Below are positions 61,401-64,000 of a stretch of DNA of 64,000 nucleotides, piece by piece. Within the stretch, counting starts at the first letter, position 1. Every line of letters starts with the position of its first letter. The notes under the pieces are model-generated. The model ran no database searches and was not told where the DNA came from. It saw nothing but the letters and a program-made list of their open reading frames with translations. The DNA lies in assembly GCA_002269645.1 (NCBI GenBank), contig NIVC01002762.1, forward strand, positions 1 to 64,000, given 5' to 3'. This DNA is from Macrostomum lignano. Its lineage: Eukaryota. The translations under genes and the position numbers were made by a program.

Positions 61401-64000
61401 TTTAGTAGTCACCTCCCGACACCAGAGAAAACAGACTATTAAAATTTCTAGTTGAATCTCACCATAAACAAAGCTTCAGAAGCCTGAAACGAGGAAGTTA
61501 GCTTTTGATGAAGATAGCTTTTCTTTCATTAATTAATAAAACTGTTCCCTAACAATATCGCGAGGGAGTGCTCAAAGCGCAATGTGCCGTTAAATTATCA
61601 ATTAAGCAATTAAGCAACTCTACAACTGGGTTAAGTGGCACTCAGCTAACTCAAGCTCTTTTCACTTCTACTAACCCTCTCTCCTCCCCTCTATCGCTCT
61701 CTTTCCCCTCTATCCCTCTCTCCTCCCCTCTATCGCTCTCTTTCCCCTCTATCCCTCTCTCCTCCCCTCTATCGCTCTCTTTCCCCTCTATCCCTCTCTC
61801 CTCCCCTCTATCGCTCTCTTTCCCCTCTATCCCTCTCTCCTCCCCTCTATCGCTCTCTTTCCCCTCTATCCCTCTCCTCCCCTCTATCCCTCTCTTTCCC
61901 ATCTATCCCTCTCTCCTCCCCTCTATCGCTCTCTTTCCCCTCTATCCCTCTCTCTTTCCCCTCTATCCCTCTCTCTTTCCCCTCTATCCCTCTCTCCTCC
62001 CCTCTATCCCTCTCTCCTCCCCTCTATCCCTCTCTTTCCCCTCTATCCCTCTCTCTTTCCCCTCTATCCCTCTCTCTTTCCCCTCTATCCCTCTCTCCTT
62101 CCCCTCTATCCCTCTCTCCTTCCCCTCTACCCCTCTCTCCTTCCCCTCTATCCCTCTCTCCTTCCCCTCTATCCCTCTCTCCTTCCCCTCTACCCCTCTC
62201 TCCTTTCCCTCTATCCCTCTCTCCTTCCCATCTATCTTCAATATCATCCAGCGTATATAAAACCATATTTTTGCAGCAAAAAGACATACAAAATACAAAA
62301 ATACAAAAATCAGTGCAAAAATCTACCGACAAAGTCAGGGCAATCATGATTACCTCCTTCCTGAAGAAGAACTTCAGCACAGTCGGCACGGATTTCATTC
62401 CGTACAGGATGTACTCCTCTTTGATCACGTTCGACGCAATGTCGTAAAATTTCAGTTCCCGTCCAGTTGTTGACAGCACAAGCTTGTGGCAGTTGTCCAT
62501 GAACACGGCGTCGATGACCCACTCGCTGAATAGCCGCTTGCCGGCAGAGCTGCCCGCCGTTGCCAGGTCAACCGGTGGATTCTGCGTCTCAAGATGGGAT
62601 TCGAGTTTGAGCAGGCAGTCCCACAGCATGATGCAGCCGGTCTTGCTGACTGAGATCGGCCGAGTTGGACTGCCGGTCAGCAGCAGGCGGGCTGTTGGTT
62701 CTTGCTGTTGGTTTCGGGTGAATCGATTTATACTACTTGTACAGACAAGTTAGTGAGTAGTATGGTACGCTATTTGAATCTCGTCTTTTGTTCATTTGTC
62801 GATTGAAGCAAGGAATTATGCTATCTAGACGGGATTTCTGATCCGCAAGGAAAGCCCCTGATTCATTAGTCAATGTAATTGGTTTATAAGATTACCTCAT
62901 TGACGAAAAGATTCACTTTGCTCGATTTCAATATTTTTTATTAGAGGCAGGGGGGTTGTGTGCACCCTGGCGCACTTTCAGCGACATTGGCACACAACCG
63001 GCGAGAGGCATTACTGCCCATTCCGCCGACTCCCCTGAGCAGGCATACAAGCGCGCAGATACGTACGCAGGCACACAATCACACAGGAGTGTACAGCGGC
63101 CCTAACTTTATTTTATCGTTAGGCATGTACACTTCACTGCGCCTTGGGGGGTTGGCTCTCAAGGCCGTTAATTGCACGAGCAGAGCCAAGCCGAGATTCC
63201 AATTCAGCCCCAAATTAATGTGACTGCACTTGGAATCGAGCCTGGGTCGCTGGCACACCAGAGCCTGCGCTAGACCGCTGGGCTACGGCCCCCCCCCTCA
63301 ATATTATTTCCCTTCTCCATAATTGGGATTCCCCTTGCTCCAAGAGTGGGCTTTCCCAATCATAGGGATTCCCTTGTTCAATGTTTGGATTCCCCTGTTC
63401 TATTATGGGATTCCCTTGTTCTATTTTGGGATTCCCCTGTTCTATTATGGGTTTCCCTTGTTCTATTTTGGGATTCCCCTGTTCTATTATGGGATTCCCT
63501 TGTTCTATTTTGGGATTCCCCTGTTCTATTATGGGTTTCCCTTGTTCTATTTTGGGATTCCCCTGTTCTATTATGGGTTTCCCTTGTTCTATTTTGGGAT
63601 TCCTCTGTTCTATTATGGATTTCCCTTGTTCTATTTTGGGATTCCTCTGCTCAATAAGGAGATTCTCCTGCTACAAGTGTGAATACTTCTGTCAAAAACA
63701 GACAAGGATTCCCCGACGTACAGAACAAAAATTTTCAGCTCAATGTGCGAGGGCAGTCCAAAAAATTCCCCTGGCAACTGACCTTGTTATGCAGCACGTG
63801 CCGCAGCCTGGGCTCCGCTTTGAATGGCGGATCAACGCGATTAGTGAGACGGTCCCTCTCGTGCAGGTAAAGCATCATGTAGTTGCAGAACTCGGTCCAG
63901 GTGACGCTGCCGCTGTTGTCGGTGTCCAACTTGTAGTACAGGCGCTCCAGCTGGCCCGAGAACCTGTCGTGCCCGATCACGCGGTTCAGGGTGGCCGTGA
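43424..64000 (-). CDS. EF-hand + WD40 protein, WDR49/WDY/EFCAB8-like; 5' end lies beyond the window
   Basis: In-phase GT-AG exons >64000-63783, 62704-62354, 60334-59641, 51422-51019, 50036-49855, 49594-49162, 47314-47144, 46335-46260, 46174-46074, 45861-45778, 44211-44065 and 43663-43424 (~1030 aa). EF-hand DTDNSGSVTWTEF. WD repeats such as LLVTGSHDHLVRFWNPY, LEGHNNAV, WKGGVWHEDDIL and LVTGDTAGFVRTWSI. Confidence 0.92.
44260..45722. repeat. 31-bp satellite CAGCCAGTTCACAGTTAACATAACAGAGCCA, ~47 near-identical copies (intronic)
   Basis: Period 31. The only variation is an occasional TTAAC/TTCAC change. Confidence 0.98.
47547..48679. mobile_element. Foldback-type element with ~146-bp inverted arms enclosing a 25/26-bp minisatellite
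   Basis: 47547-47693 is the reverse complement of ~48535-48679. Internal array GCTGAGGTTTATTCCAGGGAAGTTTA(T) at 47838-48372 (~21 copies). Confidence 0.85.
50239..50682. mobile_element. Intronic inverted-repeat element (~143-bp arms, ~160-bp spacer)
   Basis: 50239-50381 pairs with 50540-50682, for example CAGAACTTACCCAGAATGCTCAATC / GATTGAGCATTCTGGGTAAGTTCTG. Confidence 0.85.
51481..51645. repeat. 22-bp minisatellite CTGAGTCATGTTGTCAGCATCA, ~7 copies
   Basis: Period 22. Confidence 0.93.
53178..54420. repeat. 23-bp satellite ATGGTGGCTCTTTAATGTTCGAC with higher-order structure
   Basis: About 54 units. A diagnostic variant block (CTCTCTAAT...ATAGTGGCTCTTAATTTTTTAC) recurs at 53411, 53757 and 54080. 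Confidence 0.93.
54489..54548 (-). mobile_element. tRNA(Ser-GCT)-derived head within a composite repeat; second copy at 57993-58050
   Basis: Minus strand GAGATAGCC(AGATG/TAGAGG)...TGCTAA...GGGTTCGAAT, with A/B boxes and a GCT anticodon loop. The 3' acceptor arm is missing. Shared flanking sequence at 54560-55015, 58050-58200 and 59130-59600. Confidence 0.6.
55020..57855. repeat. Tandem ~1.4-kb duplication of a CA-rich degenerate AAGAATCCCC / CTTGACATCTCAGCAATT repeat unit
   Basis: CTAGCCAATTCCAAC(C/T)CCCGTTGGGGCTTTCCGTC starts at both 55020 and 56426, with a parallel sub-block order. The CTTGACATC motif also occurs at ~18110-18220. Confidence 0.75.
58799..59043. repeat. Exact 124-bp-period direct duplication ending in a Helitron-like TTTTAGTATATTGGA
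   Basis: GTACCTGCGCACC... at 58801 and 58925. Confidence 0.95.
60437..61070. repeat. Minisatellite CACAGAGTCAG(T/C)CTGCAA-(C)n with variable C-tract
   Basis: About 22 units of 26-33 bp. Confidence 0.95.
61675..62237. repeat. CT-rich minisatellite (CCCCTCTATCCCTCTCTC...)
   Basis: Pyrimidine-only 20-36-bp units in a WD40-gene intron. Confidence 0.93.
62935..63293 (-). mobile_element. tRNA-derived SINE, near full length
   Basis: Head GGGGCCGTAGCCCAGCGGTCTAGCGC...GGCTCGATTCC (A/B boxes). Body shared with 22364-22627 and weakly with ~37925-37955. A-rich tail. Confidence 0.85.
63322..63650. repeat. 21-bp dimeric minisatellite GGGATTCCCCTGTTCTATTAT / GGG(A/T)TTCCCTTGTTCTATTTT
   Basis: Alternating two-unit (42-bp) pattern. 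Confidence 0.93.

Noticed and set aside
63225-63293. Intact tRNA genes (also 22364, 54489, 57993)
   Set aside because: A/B boxes are present but the cloverleaf and acceptor stem are incomplete, and the sequence continues into repeat bodies. These are SINE heads.

Overview
This is eukaryotic (metazoan) genomic DNA with GT-AG introns, GC-rich exons and very repeat-rich introns. The RTE family and satellite content suggest a free-living flatworm such as Macrostomum (inference from recalled sequence style, not verified). Exon structures were rebuilt by hand for six genes: (1) an 8-exon, ~628-aa coiled-coil protein with an N-terminal LIR-like motif (+, 4448-14031); (2) a 5-exon TK2/dNK-family deoxynucleoside kinase with a C-terminal KEN box (+, 21849-23799); (3) a single-ORF 630-aa DEG/ENaC subunit with both hallmark pore motifs altered (-, 30622-32514); (4) an intronless orphan ORF that may hold two degenerate small-GTPase-like folds (+, 38108-39586); (5) an allatostatin-A/galanin-type GPCR (+, to 42696); and (6) a WDR49/WDY-like EF-hand plus WD40 gene with 12 exons, running off the right edge (-, 43424->64000). 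Mobile DNA includes an RTE-like LINE 3' end, a dead Ty3/gypsy element, a 2.05-kb non-autonomous hAT element with a perfect 8-bp TSD, several MITE/foldback elements, tRNA-derived SINEs and about 20 distinct mini/microsatellites. There is no CRISPR array and no intact rRNA or tRNA gene. The most unusual observation is two inverted ~60-90-nt copies of the 28S rRNA H69-H71 segment, in the introns on either side of one exon. Both keep near-perfect flanks but are scrambled exactly at the R2/I-PpoI cleavage site, and one is carried inside the hAT element.
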